A DNA stretch of 64,000 nucleotides from Candidatus Wolfebacteria bacterium RIFCSPLOWO2_01_FULL_47_17b (GCA_001793865.1 MGIS01000024.1:21525-85524), one strand, 5' to 3'; numbered from the stretch's first letter, positions 19,910-29,966 are shown. Made by a program: numbers and translations. Notes: a model not told the origin generated them from the letters alone.

Positions 19910-20685
19910 TGAATCGCTCGCGGACATACTTTTCCGTGTTTTTAGGCATAGTGATACTTTTTGTATCCTATTATGTTTCGCAATCTCTCTTTTTTTCGCG
20001 AAATAACGACAAGGATGCTCCTATCTCAAAAATTTTCAGTAGTGGAACGACTCCGAAGTTCGCCGAATCAATATCGGCAGGAAGTGTTTCCAATGTAAAT
20101 CTTACGCAGGCGCTCGTGAGCGATATAAGTGAGGATTTTTATACCAAAGTTGAAGGTCTCGACGCGCAAGGGCGTGAAGATCTATTCGCGCAAATTAAAG
20201 CGGGAAACGCGGAAAGTCTTAGCTTTGCGAATGTCGATCCCGATACGTTTGCGCAGCAGTTAACTCCCGAGCTTATCGGTATTCGTAACGAGATTTCGGA
20301 CGATGAAATAAAGTCAGATCCGAAGAATGATGTGGAAGCGTATAAAAAGCGTTACTTGCTTGCGGTAACCGATGTGCAGCTGCTTGTTTCTTCGCAAGAT
20401 GCAGCCGGAGTACTGCAATCCTTTATGGATCAAGGGGATGTCTCTGGACTGAACGCGATTGTGAACGCACATCGGGAGACATACGGCGCTTTACTGGACA
20501 TTCCGGTTCCCAAGAATGCGCTTGAATTCCATAAAAAGAATTTATTGTATTTTTCCAATTCTGCCGCTATCTACACTGCGCTTGGGCAATACCAATCCGA
20601 TCCTTTAAAAGGATACCTTGCGGTGCAGTATATGGGATCCATTTATCGGTTGTGGGATGAAATTTATTCAAGCGGCATTTTATGA
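19909..20685 (+). CDS. hypothetical secreted/membrane-anchored protein (GTG start inside MITE terminus)
   Basis: N-terminal TM/signal; first gene of T4SS-like cluster. Confidence 0.4.
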   Translation: MNRSRTYFSVFLGIVILFVSYYVSQSLFFSRNNDKDAPISKIFSSGTTPKFAESISAGSVSNVNLTQALVSDISEDFYTKVEGLDAQGREDLFAQIKAGNAESLSFANVDPDTFAQQLTPELIGIRNEISDDEIKSDPKNDVEAYKKRYLLAVTDVQLLVSSQDAAGVLQSFMDQGDVSGLNAIVNAHRETYGALLDIPVPKNALEFHKKNLLYFSNSAAIYTALGQYQSDPLKGYLAVQYMGSIYRLWDEIYSSGIL

Positions 20686-22679
20686 AACGGACTATTTTGA
20701 TTTTAATAATATGTACGGTTGTGGGATCGACCCTTGGTTTTCTGGTCCCGCCTCGGCGTGTGCACGCCCAAGCCGACGGTTCAGGGTGGGCGATATTCGG
20801 GGAAATGCTTGCGGAATGGGGCAAGACGATTTTGAAGTGGGTCGAGGATGAATTATGGCCGGTGCTTCGTGACCAAGCGGTGAAGCGGATAGTTGATGAT
20901 CTTACCGATCAGATAATAGATTCAATAGAAAACGGAGGAGAACCATTGTTTATACAGGATCCGCTGGGTGAATTACAGAGGGTGGGAGATATTACGTTTG
21001 ATACGTTTAATTCATATCTGGGAAGTGAAACGGGTGTAAACTTATGTGCGCCTTTTCAGGCTGAACTTTCATTATATTTTCAAACAACATTTCAACGAGA
21101 GCAGCCATTTGGGCTTCCTGTGCAATGTACATTTAGCGAATTTCAGCAGGCGTTGCAGGATAGCGCCCATTTGATTGAACGTGGTGGATGGGTGACGTTC
21201 CAGCAGGCATTTATTCCGAGTAATAATTTCTTCGGGGCATCTCTTCTTGTCGATCAAGCGTATATGAATGAGACACAGCGAAAGCTTAAAGAAGCAAGCG
21301 ACAGAATGAATAGAAATTTAGGATTTGACGATGTGAGTCTTTGTACCCAGTGGCGTAATCCTCGCTCAGGAGATCTGGCCGTTTCTGAGAACGAGGCGTA
21401 TAGCATGGCGCTTGAAATGAGTGGATACGCGATGCCGCTGACTCAAGACCAGGATCAACAAGTACAGAACATAATGGAAGGCCTTTGTACAAGACGCGAA
21501 ACGCTTACGCCCGGAAGCATTGTAGCGGAAGCTGCTACAAAAGGAGTTTTGAAAGATTTTGAATACGCGGCGAATGTGCAGAGTATCATATCCGCGCTTA
21601 TCAACACCGCGTTAAGCAAGGTGTTTGATAAAGACAAGGGAGGGCTGCTTGCGGCGCATAGTTCGGTGCGAGGGACGAGCTTTGGTTACGAGTCATATAC
21701 CGGCAAGACGTTCAAAGATCAGGTTGACGCGGCTATACGTGATTTGGAGGCGAAAAAAGAATCGTACTACGGGATCAACGCATACCTGCAGGTCCTGGAG
21801 CCGAAGATACTACATGCAAGAAGAGGCGCCCTTTCGGCAATAGCCCTATGTACGAACTGGTATGATACAAATAAAAATAATAACGAAGGGGGCGCTATCG
21901 GCTATCCACATTTCGGATATGTTATTTATGATCCGCAAGAAGGCATGCGTGTAACGGCAACTTTGGGAGATTTAGTTGAAATTCCGTTCGCGTCTTCCTC
22001 GCCTCTTTTTGCCGATTCGTGGGAAACGCTTTTTGACAGCAGTCCGGACAGCAACGGAGGGTTTTTTATGCGGGATCCTACGATGGGCGAGCCCCTCGCA
22101 CATGAAGGATACTTCACTGGGCTTGAGCGCGCGAGACGCGCCGCGCGGGACGCATTAAACGGCACCCCTGAGAATCCCGAAGGTATTTCGCGGCGTCTTG
22201 AGGGATACCTTGCCGAATTGCGGGCGATTCAAACCAATCCTGAAACCGGAATAAAGAATGCTGTTATCGCGTCATTGCAAGCGGGACCGCCGTCTTTGAC
22301 GGCAGACGAAGCGCGGGCAATATTCGAATCCGCGAGCTCCACTTTTGTTCTTGAATATATCGCGGATTCGACCGACCGCATGAACAGGATTCTTGGCATT
22401 GCGACAAGGGAATTCTCAGATTACACAAGCGAATTTTCTGTTGTGGTCAGCGATGCCGTAAGGCAAAGTTCATACGGGTCTGGGCCAGGAAACCTGAATA
22501 TAGCCAACCTTTCGCTCTCCGCGACACTCGATTCCCTTATCCAGGGATTCACAACCACTCCGTACGGGGCGTTTGTTGATTCCCGTCCGTGGACCGGGTC
22601 GCTTCATATAAAGAATCTTATCCGTAATAGTATTCCTGGAGAATATTCCCCCATGTTTTTCTGTGAAAATAGGACATGA
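20682..22679 (+). CDS. large hypothetical secreted protein
   Basis: 665 aa with N-terminal signal peptide; 4-nt overlaps with both neighbours (operon). Confidence 0.45.
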   Translation: MKRTILILIICTVVGSTLGFLVPPRRVHAQADGSGWAIFGEMLAEWGKTILKWVEDELWPVLRDQAVKRIVDDLTDQIIDSIENGGEPLFIQDPLGELQRVGDITFDTFNSYLGSETGVNLCAPFQAELSLYFQTTFQREQPFGLPVQCTFSEFQQALQDSAHLIERGGWVTFQQAFIPSNNFFGASLLVDQAYMNETQRKLKEASDRMNRNLGFDDVSLCTQWRNPRSGDLAVSENEAYSMALEMSGYAMPLTQDQDQQVQNIMEGLCTRRETLTPGSIVAEAATKGVLKDFEYAANVQSIISALINTALSKVFDKDKGGLLAAHSSVRGTSFGYESYTGKTFKDQVDAAIRDLEAKKESYYGINAYLQVLEPKILHARRGALSAIALCTNWYDTNKNNNEGGAIGYPHFGYVIYDPQEGMRVTATLGDLVEIPFASSSPLFADSWETLFDSSPDSNGGFFMRDPTMGEPLAHEGYFTGLERARRAARDALNGTPENPEGISRRLEGYLAELRAIQTNPETGIKNAVIASLQAGPPSLTADEARAIFESASSTFVLEYIADSTDRMNRILGIATREFSDYTSEFSVVVSDAVRQSSYGSGPGNLNIANLSLSATLDSLIQGFTTTPYGAFVDSRPWTGSLHIKNLIRNSIPGEYSPMFFCENRT

Positions 22680-24880
22680 AAAACCGCGCATTTAAAGTTT
22701 TTCTTATAAGCTGTATCATCTTTACACTGATTGTGGTGCCGTTTTTCGCGCAGGGACAGGTGCAGAATGCTCCTTCGGGGCTTCAGGATGTGGGGAGCAT
22801 AAACATCCCCATTATCGGGTTTGTGGTTAAGGCAATTCTGTATCTTGGTCTTGTTATTGAGGGACTTTTTATAGCGCTTGTGGGACAGTTTGTCGGGATA
22901 GCGCTTGGATTTAATGCAACGATTCTGAATTTTGATCCTCCCTTTATTACTATCGGATGGAGTTTGTTCAGGGACATCGCAAACCTTGGATTTGTCATCG
23001 GTATTGTGGTGATAGCGGTGATGACCATATTGCGGGTAAAAGGGTATCAGGCGCAGCAAATTTTGTGGAAGCTTGTTGTGGCGGCGCTTGTGGTGAACTT
23101 CAGCTTGCTTATAGGAGGCGCTATTATAGCTCCCGCGAACGCAATCTCGTGTTTTATTCTTTCATATTTTGGTCCGGGGGGAGAATGTACCGATGGAGCC
23201 ATGTACTCCGCGCAGATCGGGGACTCTTTTAGGTTTATCGATATTTCGACAAACGTTGCGCGGTGGTCCGATGGGCTTCTCTCGAATCTTGGTTCGATTG
23301 TTGGCATAGGAGACAGTGCGAGTTTGCTGGTGATCGCGAGCATGGCCGTAGTACTTATATTCGGGCTTGTGATGTTTCTTACGCTGCTCGCCATAGCGGG
23401 GATGCTCTTTCTGCGCTATTTTTATCTCTCGTTTTTACTTATTATTTCTCCAGTTGTGTGGCTGTTGTGGATATTTCCACATACAAAACAGCATTTCAGG
23501 AAATGGTGGAGTAAATTTATACACTGGGTTCTGTACGCGCCGTTTATGCTCCTTTTTATATATCTCGCGCTGCGGGTGCTGGACTTGTACGCGGATTCTC
23601 CTAATGGTGTGCTTAAAAACGCAACGGCGAGCGATTTTACGTGGATCGCGGGTGGGGATAATACCGGTATAAACTTTGGACTCCTGATGACAAGCATATT
23701 TGCGTCGGCGATTCTGATAGGCGGGCTGAAGCTTGCTGCGGAAATGGGGCACGGCGGGACGACGCTTGCATTGGGTGCGGTAACTGGAATGCAGAAGTGG
23801 GGGAAGAATTATATAAAGACAAAATCACAGCGGGCAGGAGCGCGGGCTGGAGTTGTCACAGCTGGAAAAGCATCAGCGGGATTGCGGGGGACTATGCAGA
23901 AGTGGTCTGAAAAATCTGGAACTTGGGGGAAGGTTGGTAAGGTTGCGTCAAAGATGACAGCACCTTTGCAACGTGGAGGCATACAGATGGAAGCAGCTCT
24001 TCAGAAAAAAGCATACGAAGGCATAGAAGAAAAGAAGAAGACATACGCAAAACTGTCCACGGATCAGCAAATTGCAATGTTGAAAACGACGGGAGGTGTT
24101 GAGGGACGAGCGGCCTTGCTCGAATTACTTGAAGGAGCGGATCAGTTGAGTGTCAAGAATACCGCTGGAATTGATACGTCCGCTGTCATAGCGGACATGG
24201 CGAAGAAAGGTAGAGGGAAAGAAGCTGCTAAGGTTGCAAAAAAGTTAGGCAAGAGCATTGATGTTGCGCGTCTTGAGACGGAAGGAAAGCAAGATGAAAA
24301 TGGCTGGTACATTGAATCAAAAACAGAATTTGGGCCTGATGGTAAAACGCCGAAAAGGGTATATGAAGGAGAAATATTTGATAAGGTGTTCGAGGGATTT
24401 TCGAAAGACGATATACAAAATTTTGTCAAAAATAATAAGGATTCATTTACAAAGGATCCTCTTGGCACAAACACACAGGTTTCAGACCGGCATCGAGACG
24501 CATATCGGGAGCGTTTGAGAGCTCAGATATTAAACCCACTTTCAAACTTTTCACAAAATATTTCGCTCGTGCTTAAGGGCGCGAAAGATAAAATGGCATT
24601 TTATGAGCAGATGGTTAAGGAATTGGTTCAGGAAGTGGGAAGGGAAACTGTTAAGATAAATGGCCTGAATGTAAATCTTTCCAAAATGGCCTCTCAGCGT
24701 TTTGCGCAGGGTGATGTCGATGGAGCATTTGAGTTGCTTGAGCAATCACAACATGAAAATGTCTCAAAGATGGCTAAGAAGTTAGGTAAAACTATGGGAG
24801 CACAGCTTATATCCGCGTTTGAAGGCGCTAGGGCTCCAGGTGAGCCAGAAGGAGAAAAGAAAGCAGAAAAAGAAAAATAG
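22676..24880 (+). CDS. VirB6/TrbL-like polytopic membrane protein with long Lys-rich C-terminal tail
   Basis: ~7 TM helices in first 330 aa, hydrophilic K/E-rich C-terminus; context with VirB4/PrgI-like genes. Confidence 0.4.
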   Translation: MKNRAFKVFLISCIIFTLIVVPFFAQGQVQNAPSGLQDVGSINIPIIGFVVKAILYLGLVIEGLFIALVGQFVGIALGFNATILNFDPPFITIGWSLFRDIANLGFVIGIVVIAVMTILRVKGYQAQQILWKLVVAALVVNFSLLIGGAIIAPANAISCFILSYFGPGGECTDGAMYSAQIGDSFRFIDISTNVARWSDGLLSNLGSIVGIGDSASLLVIASMAVVLIFGLVMFLTLLAIAGMLFLRYFYLSFLLIISPVVWLLWIFPHTKQHFRKWWSKFIHWVLYAPFMLLFIYLALRVLDLYADSPNGVLKNATASDFTWIAGGDNTGINFGLLMTSIFASAILIGGLKLAAEMGHGGTTLALGAVTGMQKWGKNYIKTKSQRAGARAGVVTAGKASAGLRGTMQKWSEKSGTWGKVGKVASKMTAPLQRGGIQMEAALQKKAYEGIEEKKKTYAKLSTDQQIAMLKTTGGVEGRAALLELLEGADQLSVKNTAGIDTSAVIADMAKKGRGKEAAKVAKKLGKSIDVARLETEGKQDENGWYIESKTEFGPDGKTPKRVYEGEIFDKVFEGFSKDDIQNFVKNNKDSFTKDPLGTNTQVSDRHRDAYRERLRAQILNPLSNFSQNISLVLKGAKDKMAFYEQMVKELVQEVGRETVKINGLNVNLSKMASQRFAQGDVDGAFELLEQSQHENVSKMAKKLGKTMGAQLISAFEGARAPGEPEGEKKAEKEK

Positions 24881-24885
24881 CACAC

Positions 24886-25923
24886 ATGATTCAGATTTCT
24901 CAACAACAACTTGAACGACGATGGGATGAGGCGCCAGACGAGATTCGGGACGGCATATTTTCGGATGAAAATAATGATGAGTTGGACAGGATAGGAGTCA
25001 CATATACTTTGAATCGTCAGCAGGAAAAAGATCTGGCATATCTGTGCCTGGTTACGTTCTTGGGATTCATCACCACGAAAGATGTATACAACCAGTTGCT
25101 GGAATTTTTCGGAGGAAATGCAAAGAGTGCGTACGATGTGTATGTGCTGTTGGATGTGAAGCTGTTCGGGCCGGTAAAGGGGCAAATAGAGGCGTTTCGG
25201 AAGACGCACTGGATTCCGGATGAGCAGGCCGATGTTCAACTTTCCCAGACCAAGGTTGAACCTCCACGCATGGAACAGAGGGTGGATTTGAAGAAGAGAC
25301 CGGAGAAAGATGCGGTCAATTTAAAAACAGAAGAGATTAAAAAGGTGGAGTCGGAGCCTGGACCGGTGGTGGTGTCACAAGTTAGAAGTGAGAAGCTAGA
25401 AGTGAGAAGTGAACAAAAAGAGCAAGTCCCCGCTGCTGTTCTTCCAACCTCCAACTTCCAACCCCTAACTTCTCAACCGAAATTGTTTTCGCCACACGAT
25501 TTTCACTTGAGAGGTGAGAAGTGGGCTGTGAGTAGTGAGAAAACTCAGTCTTCACAATCCGTAACTCAAAACCCACAACCCACTACTCAAAACCTAGACG
25601 AAGGGCCCATCATTCTTCACAAAAAGGAGGAATCTATTCCGATTGCGGAAGCGAATAGGTATAAAGAATATAAAAATATATCGGCGGGAGGATTTTTGGG
25701 GTCGTTTGGAAGCATATTCAACAGGAAGCGGGAACAGCAGAATCAGGCGCCGAGGGCGAGCGTGGAGATACCGGAGGCGTATACCGAAAACCGTATACCG
25801 TATACCGAATCAGGGAAGGTAGGGGAGAAAGTTCCGGTGAAGGTGAAGAATTTCGGAGATGAGCGAAGCAATGTGCAGTACAGTGATTATAGGACATATC
25901 TAAAACAAAGAGACCAGAGTTAA
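24886..25923 (+). CDS. hypothetical protein with internal short tandem repeats
   Basis: Repeats 'agaagtgagaag' x2, 'cgtataccg' x3, plus in-frame palindromic element 25234-25261. Confidence 0.4.
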   Translation: MIQISQQQLERRWDEAPDEIRDGIFSDENNDELDRIGVTYTLNRQQEKDLAYLCLVTFLGFITTKDVYNQLLEFFGGNAKSAYDVYVLLDVKLFGPVKGQIEAFRKTHWIPDEQADVQLSQTKVEPPRMEQRVDLKKRPEKDAVNLKTEEIKKVESEPGPVVVSQVRSEKLEVRSEQKEQVPAAVLPTSNFQPLTSQPKLFSPHDFHLRGEKWAVSSEKTQSSQSVTQNPQPTTQNLDEGPIILHKKEESIPIAEANRYKEYKNISAGGFLGSFGSIFNRKREQQNQAPRASVEIPEAYTENRIPYTESGKVGEKVPVKVKNFGDERSNVQYSDYRTYLKQRDQS

Positions 25924-26030
25924 TTTTTAATTATGATTTTCGAATTTCGAATCAATTTTAAATGACTGAATTTCTAAAATCAATACATTCGAGTTTGACT
26001 CGAAATTCAAAATTAGAAATTCGGGATTAT
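25924..26030. repeat. AT-rich GAATTTCGAAT-type palindromic intergenic repeat, copy B (solo)
   Basis: ~90% identical to copies D and E. Confidence 0.7.
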
Positions 26031-26039
26031 ACCTAAAAC

Positions 26040-26558
26040 ATGCAATTTTCAGTACCACAATTCATTGATGTTGAAAGCAAGATTGTCGGGCCGCTGACCA
26101 TCAAGCAATTTGTGCTGGTGGCGGTGCCGGCATTGTTGACATTTGTGCTCTTTTTCGTACTGCACATTGCCTTCTGGATTCCGATCGCGGCAATCTTGGT
26201 TGGCGTTGGTGTATCGTTTGCTTTCATAAAAGTAGACTCCCGTCCTTTGTATATGATTGCGCTCTATGCCCTCAAATTCTTTTGGCAGCCGAAACTGTAT
26301 TTATGGAAGCCGGCGGTTATAACCGAGAAAGTTATTATTCCCGAGATACAAAAGAAACGATTCGAGCTTAAGACACTTATACCCGATTTTTCGAAGGTCA
26401 ATAAGCTATGGCAGGACATGACCACGACTAAAAACCCCATTCCGAAGCGCGAAAAAATACTTCCCAAAGCGATGCTGCAAGAAGTGCAAGAACAGTACCA
26501 GGTGTTTAGAAAATTGAGCGGCGAACGGGAGATAGCGAAGAGAGTGGACTTTAGATGA
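26040..26558 (+). CDS. PrgI/TcpE/VirB3-like small conjugation membrane protein
   Basis: Two adjacent TM helices after 'IVGPLTIKQFVLVAV' segment, precedes VirB4. Confidence 0.45.
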   Translation: MQFSVPQFIDVESKIVGPLTIKQFVLVAVPALLTFVLFFVLHIAFWIPIAAILVGVGVSFAFIKVDSRPLYMIALYALKFFWQPKLYLWKPAVITEKVIIPEIQKKRFELKTLIPDFSKVNKLWQDMTTTKNPIPKREKILPKAMLQEVQEQYQVFRKLSGEREIAKRVDFR

Positions 26559-27016
26559 AAATTTTGAATTTCGAGTTCTGAATTTCGAATCAATTTTAAA
26601 TTATTGAATTATGAAGAACAGGCTGTCAGATACAACATATAACCTTGAAGAGCGAACCGCCGCATTTGGTGAAAAGATTATTAAACTCTGCAGAAGCATC
26701 CCGCAAGATGTTATCACGAAACCAATCATTAATCAGCTCATCCGTTCCGGGACGAGTATAGGTGCAAATTATATGGAAGCGAATGCCGCTAGCTCAAGGA
26801 AAGATTTCAAGAACAAGATTTTTATCTGTAAGAAAGAATCTCAAGAAACGCAGCATTGGCTTAGGATGATGGCACAATGCGTGCCGGGAAAGAAGGAGGA
26901 AATTAGAAATTTATGGAAGGAAGTGCATGAGTTGATATTAATATTTGGAAAAATTGTTTCAACATTAAGAAATTAGAATTTGAATCGAAATTCAAAATCA
27001 AGAATTCGAAATTCCC
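26557..27016. mobile_element. loaded copy of AT-rich palindromic repeat carrying a four-helix-bundle gene between its arms
   Basis: Left arm 26560-26610 and right arm 26977-27016 match left and right halves of solo copies B/D/E. Confidence 0.6.
26611..26976 (+). CDS. four-helix-bundle protein (23S rRNA IVS-protein / Avd-like family)
   Basis: 'QLIRSGTSIGANYMEANAASSRKDFKNKIFICKKESQETQHWL' matches TIGR02436-type consensus. Confidence 0.7.
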   Translation: MKNRLSDTTYNLEERTAAFGEKIIKLCRSIPQDVITKPIINQLIRSGTSIGANYMEANAASSRKDFKNKIFICKKESQETQHWLRMMAQCVPGKKEEIRNLWKEVHELILIFGKIVSTLRN

Positions 27017-27075
27017 AAGGAGTATCAAAACATAATTGCTTTATTAAACATAGTTTTTGCACTATACTACTATAC

Positions 27076-27738
27076 ATGGCAGAGGTGACATACGCTCCGA
27101 ACTCCACTCAGCAGTTTGTGGATGTGGAGCGGATCAAAAACGGAATTGTGGAGCTACGGAGCGGATCCATTCGGTCCGTTATTATGGTTGGCGGCGTAAA
27201 CTTCGAGCTGAAATCTGAAGAAGAACAAAACAGCATAATCGCCGCGTATCAGAATTTTTTGAACGCGCTCGATTTTTCTCTGCAGATACTGGTTCATTCG
27301 CGCAAGCTGAACATCGATCGATACCTGGATAAGATGCAAGGGATTCACGAAAAAGAGCAAAACGATCTTCTGCGCAATCAGATAGCCGAATATATCGAAT
27401 TTGTACGGGGGTTTGTGAAAGAAAATGAGATTATGGCAAAAAACTTTTTTGTCGTAGTGCCGTATGACGGAGGCGGCGTCGCGGAGCTCAAAAAAGGCAT
27501 TTCGAGCGTGCTACCGTTTTTCGGTAAGAAGAAGAATGCTGCAAAGGGAAAACAGGAGACCTATGAGCAGAAAGTGGTGCAGCTTAAGCAGCGCGTGGAT
27601 GAGGTGGTAAGCGGGCTTGAGCGGATCGGTCTGCGGGCAATCCCGTTGCAGGACGATGAGCTCACGGAGCTATATTACAATTTATACAATCCGGAAACAG
27701 TCGAAAAAGAACTGAAAAAACATGGAGCAGAAGATTAG
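27076..27738 (+). CDS. VirB4/TraC-like conjugation ATPase, N-terminal portion (split gene)
   Basis: N-terminal VirB4 region 'ELRSGSIRSVIMVGGVNFELKSEEEQNSIIAAYQNFLNALDF'; ends at A6 tract 27731-27736. Confidence 0.6.
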   Translation: MAEVTYAPNSTQQFVDVERIKNGIVELRSGSIRSVIMVGGVNFELKSEEEQNSIIAAYQNFLNALDFSLQILVHSRKLNIDRYLDKMQGIHEKEQNDLLRNQIAEYIEFVRGFVKENEIMAKNFFVVVPYDGGGVAELKKGISSVLPFFGKKKNAAKGKQETYEQKVVQLKQRVDEVVSGLERIGLRAIPLQDDELTELYYNLYNPETVEKELKKHGAED

Positions 27739-29476
27739 GATTTCACAAAAGAATATTTCGGAGGACAGTGAAGTGAAAAATCTTATCGCTCCGGCGGCAA
27801 TCCAGTCCAATCAGTCGCACTTGAAGGTGGGAAATAAATTTGCGAAGACGTTTTTTGTTTTTTCGTACCCACGGTATCTTTCGAGCGGATGGTTTTCGCC
27901 GATTATCAATCTCGCGAAGTTGTTTGATATATCCATTTTTGTGCACCCGGTGGATACCGCGTTGGCGCTTCGCAATTTGCGCAAAAAAGCGGCGCAGGTT
28001 GAAGCCGAGATTCTGGACAGGCAGGAAAAGGGATATGTGCGGGACCCCATGCTTGAAACCGCGTTCGGCGACATCGAGGGCTTGCGGGATAATCTTCAAC
28101 AGGCGCAGGAGCGGTTGTTCGATACGGCGGTGTACGTAACCATCTATGCCGAGACGCTTGAAAAATTGCAGGAATTGGAGGATACACTGGTGAACTTATT
28201 TGAGAGCAAGCTCATATACATCAAACCGGCAATTTTCCAGCAGGTGGAGGGCCTCGTGTCTACGTTGCCGCTCGCGCAAGACAAGCTTGCGATTCATACG
28301 CCTCTGAATTCCGGCCCGGTATCGTCGTTTTTTCCGTTCACGTCCATGGATCTTACGTCGGAGAACGGGATAATGTATGGCATAAATTTGCACAATAATT
28401 CGCTTGTGCTCTTCGATCGATTTTCTTTGGAAAACGCGAACCAGGTTGTGTTCGCCAAGTCGGGAAGCGGAAAATCGTACGCAACGAAGCTGGAAATTTT
28501 GCGTACGCTTATGATGGGGACCGAGGTAATCGTGGTGGATCCGGAAAAAGAGTACAAGAATTTGTGTGATACCGTTGGAGGCACGTATTTCAATGTATCG
28601 CTTACGTCGGATCAGCACATAAATCCTTTCGACATACCATTCGTACCGGAAGGAGAAGATCCGGCAGATGTATTTCGTTCACACATACTGACGATGGCGG
28701 GGCTTTTGAAGATTATGTTGGGAGATATTGCCGTGGAAGAAGAAGCTCTTCTGGACCGGGCTATAAGTGAAACATACTCGTCGTTCGACATTACACCGGA
28801 TAATCCTAACTTTTTAAAACTGGATGCGCCTCTTCTGTCCGATTTTGAGACCGTTTTGCGAAATATGGAGGGCGGAAAAGATATGGCGGAACGATTGTAT
28901 AAATATACACAAGGAAGCTACGCGGGGTTCGTGAATCAAAAGACAAATATAGATGTGCAGAACCGGCTGGTTGCGTTTTCAATACGAGATTTGGAGGACG
29001 AGCTGCGGCCGATTGCCATGTATGTCATCCTTAACTTTATTTGGAACTTGGTGCGGTCGCAGATGAAACGGCGCATACTTGTGATAGATGAAGCATGGGT
29101 GATGATGAAATACCCCGAAGGGGCAGCCTTTTTGTTCGGGATGGCGAAGCGCGGGCGTAAATATTACCTAGGCCTTACCACTATCACGCAGGAAGTTGAC
29201 GACTTTCTGAATTCGCCGTATGGGAAGCCTATTATCACCAACTCGTCGTTACAGCTTCTTTTGAAGCAAGCACCAGCGACCATAGATACGGTTGCAAAGA
29301 CGTTCAACCTGACCGAAGCGGAGAAGAATCTTTTGCTTGAGGCGGGCGTGGGACAGGGAGTGTTTTTCGCGGGATTGAAGCATGTTGCCATGCAGGTGGT
29401 GGCCTCGTACTTTGAGGATAAAATTATTACGACCAAGCCGCAACAATTATTATCGGAAGAGGAGCCACTCGTATAA
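27722..29476 (+). CDS. VirB4/TraC-like conjugation ATPase, C-terminal ATPase portion
   Basis: Walker A 'AKSGSGKSYATK', Walker B 'RRILVIDEAWVMM'; overlaps upstream ORF in +1 frame. Confidence 0.8.
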   Translation: MEQKIRISQKNISEDSEVKNLIAPAAIQSNQSHLKVGNKFAKTFFVFSYPRYLSSGWFSPIINLAKLFDISIFVHPVDTALALRNLRKKAAQVEAEILDRQEKGYVRDPMLETAFGDIEGLRDNLQQAQERLFDTAVYVTIYAETLEKLQELEDTLVNLFESKLIYIKPAIFQQVEGLVSTLPLAQDKLAIHTPLNSGPVSSFFPFTSMDLTSENGIMYGINLHNNSLVLFDRFSLENANQVVFAKSGSGKSYATKLEILRTLMMGTEVIVVDPEKEYKNLCDTVGGTYFNVSLTSDQHINPFDIPFVPEGEDPADVFRSHILTMAGLLKIMLGDIAVEEEALLDRAISETYSSFDITPDNPNFLKLDAPLLSDFETVLRNMEGGKDMAERLYKYTQGSYAGFVNQKTNIDVQNRLVAFSIRDLEDELRPIAMYVILNFIWNLVRSQMKRRILVIDEAWVMMKYPEGAAFLFGMAKRGRKYYLGLTTITQEVDDFLNSPYGKPIITNSSLQLLLKQAPATIDTVAKTFNLTEAEKNLLLEAGVGQGVFFAGLKHVAMQVVASYFEDKIITTKPQQLLSEEEPLV

Positions 29477-29895
29477 TGGAAGAGGTACAAGAAGGAATTG
29501 AACAAGTAGATGAATCGGTGGAATTGTCCGAAGAAACTGAAGAAGATGAGCTGAATCGTCCGCGGTTTGATATTATAGAATCGTTTTTTTTAATAGCGTT
29601 TAATGCCCTGGGGGATATTGCGGAGCTTCTCGATATAACGGGTGTCGGCGTCGTGGTGGGGCTCGCTGTTGATTTTATAAATGGACCTCTTACCGTGATG
29701 TATTTGTGGATTAAGGGCGTGCCTCGGACAGTAGGCAAAAACGCGCTTGCGCAGACGGTTGAGCTTTTCCCTTTTATCGATATTCTTCCGATACGTACCG
29801 TCGCGATAGTATATACGATATTAATTACCAATCATCCCGAGCGTTTTCGGAAACTACAGTCGGCGCTTTCTTTCGCAAAAAAGGTTAAAAAGTGA
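29476..29895 (+). CDS. hypothetical acidic small membrane protein
   Basis: Acidic N-terminus, two hydrophobic segments; start overlaps VirB4 stop. Confidence 0.35.
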   Translation: MEEVQEGIEQVDESVELSEETEEDELNRPRFDIIESFFLIAFNALGDIAELLDITGVGVVVGLAVDFINGPLTVMYLWIKGVPRTVGKNALAQTVELFPFIDILPIRTVAIVYTILITNHPERFRKLQSALSFAKKVKK

Positions 29896-29906
29896 CGGCG
29901 ATGCCG

Positions 29907-29962
29907 TCATCCTGAGCGAAGCGAAGGATCTCATGAAAACGAGGAGATTGCTTCGCTTCACT
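29907..29962. repeat. imperfect inverted repeat GTCATCCTGAGCGAAGCGAAGGATCTC...GAGATTGCTTCGCTTCACTCGCAATGAC
   Basis: ~27-nt arms, ~80% complementary, 11-nt loop. Confidence 0.5.
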
Positions 29963-29966
29963 CGCA

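Noticed and set aside
25370-25480. Tandem short repeats ('agaagtgagaag' x2, 'cttccaacc' x2) inside ORF 24886..25923
   Set aside because: In-frame low-complexity repeats within a hypothetical protein. They are not periodic enough for a CRISPR or satellite call, so they are noted only as protein repeats.
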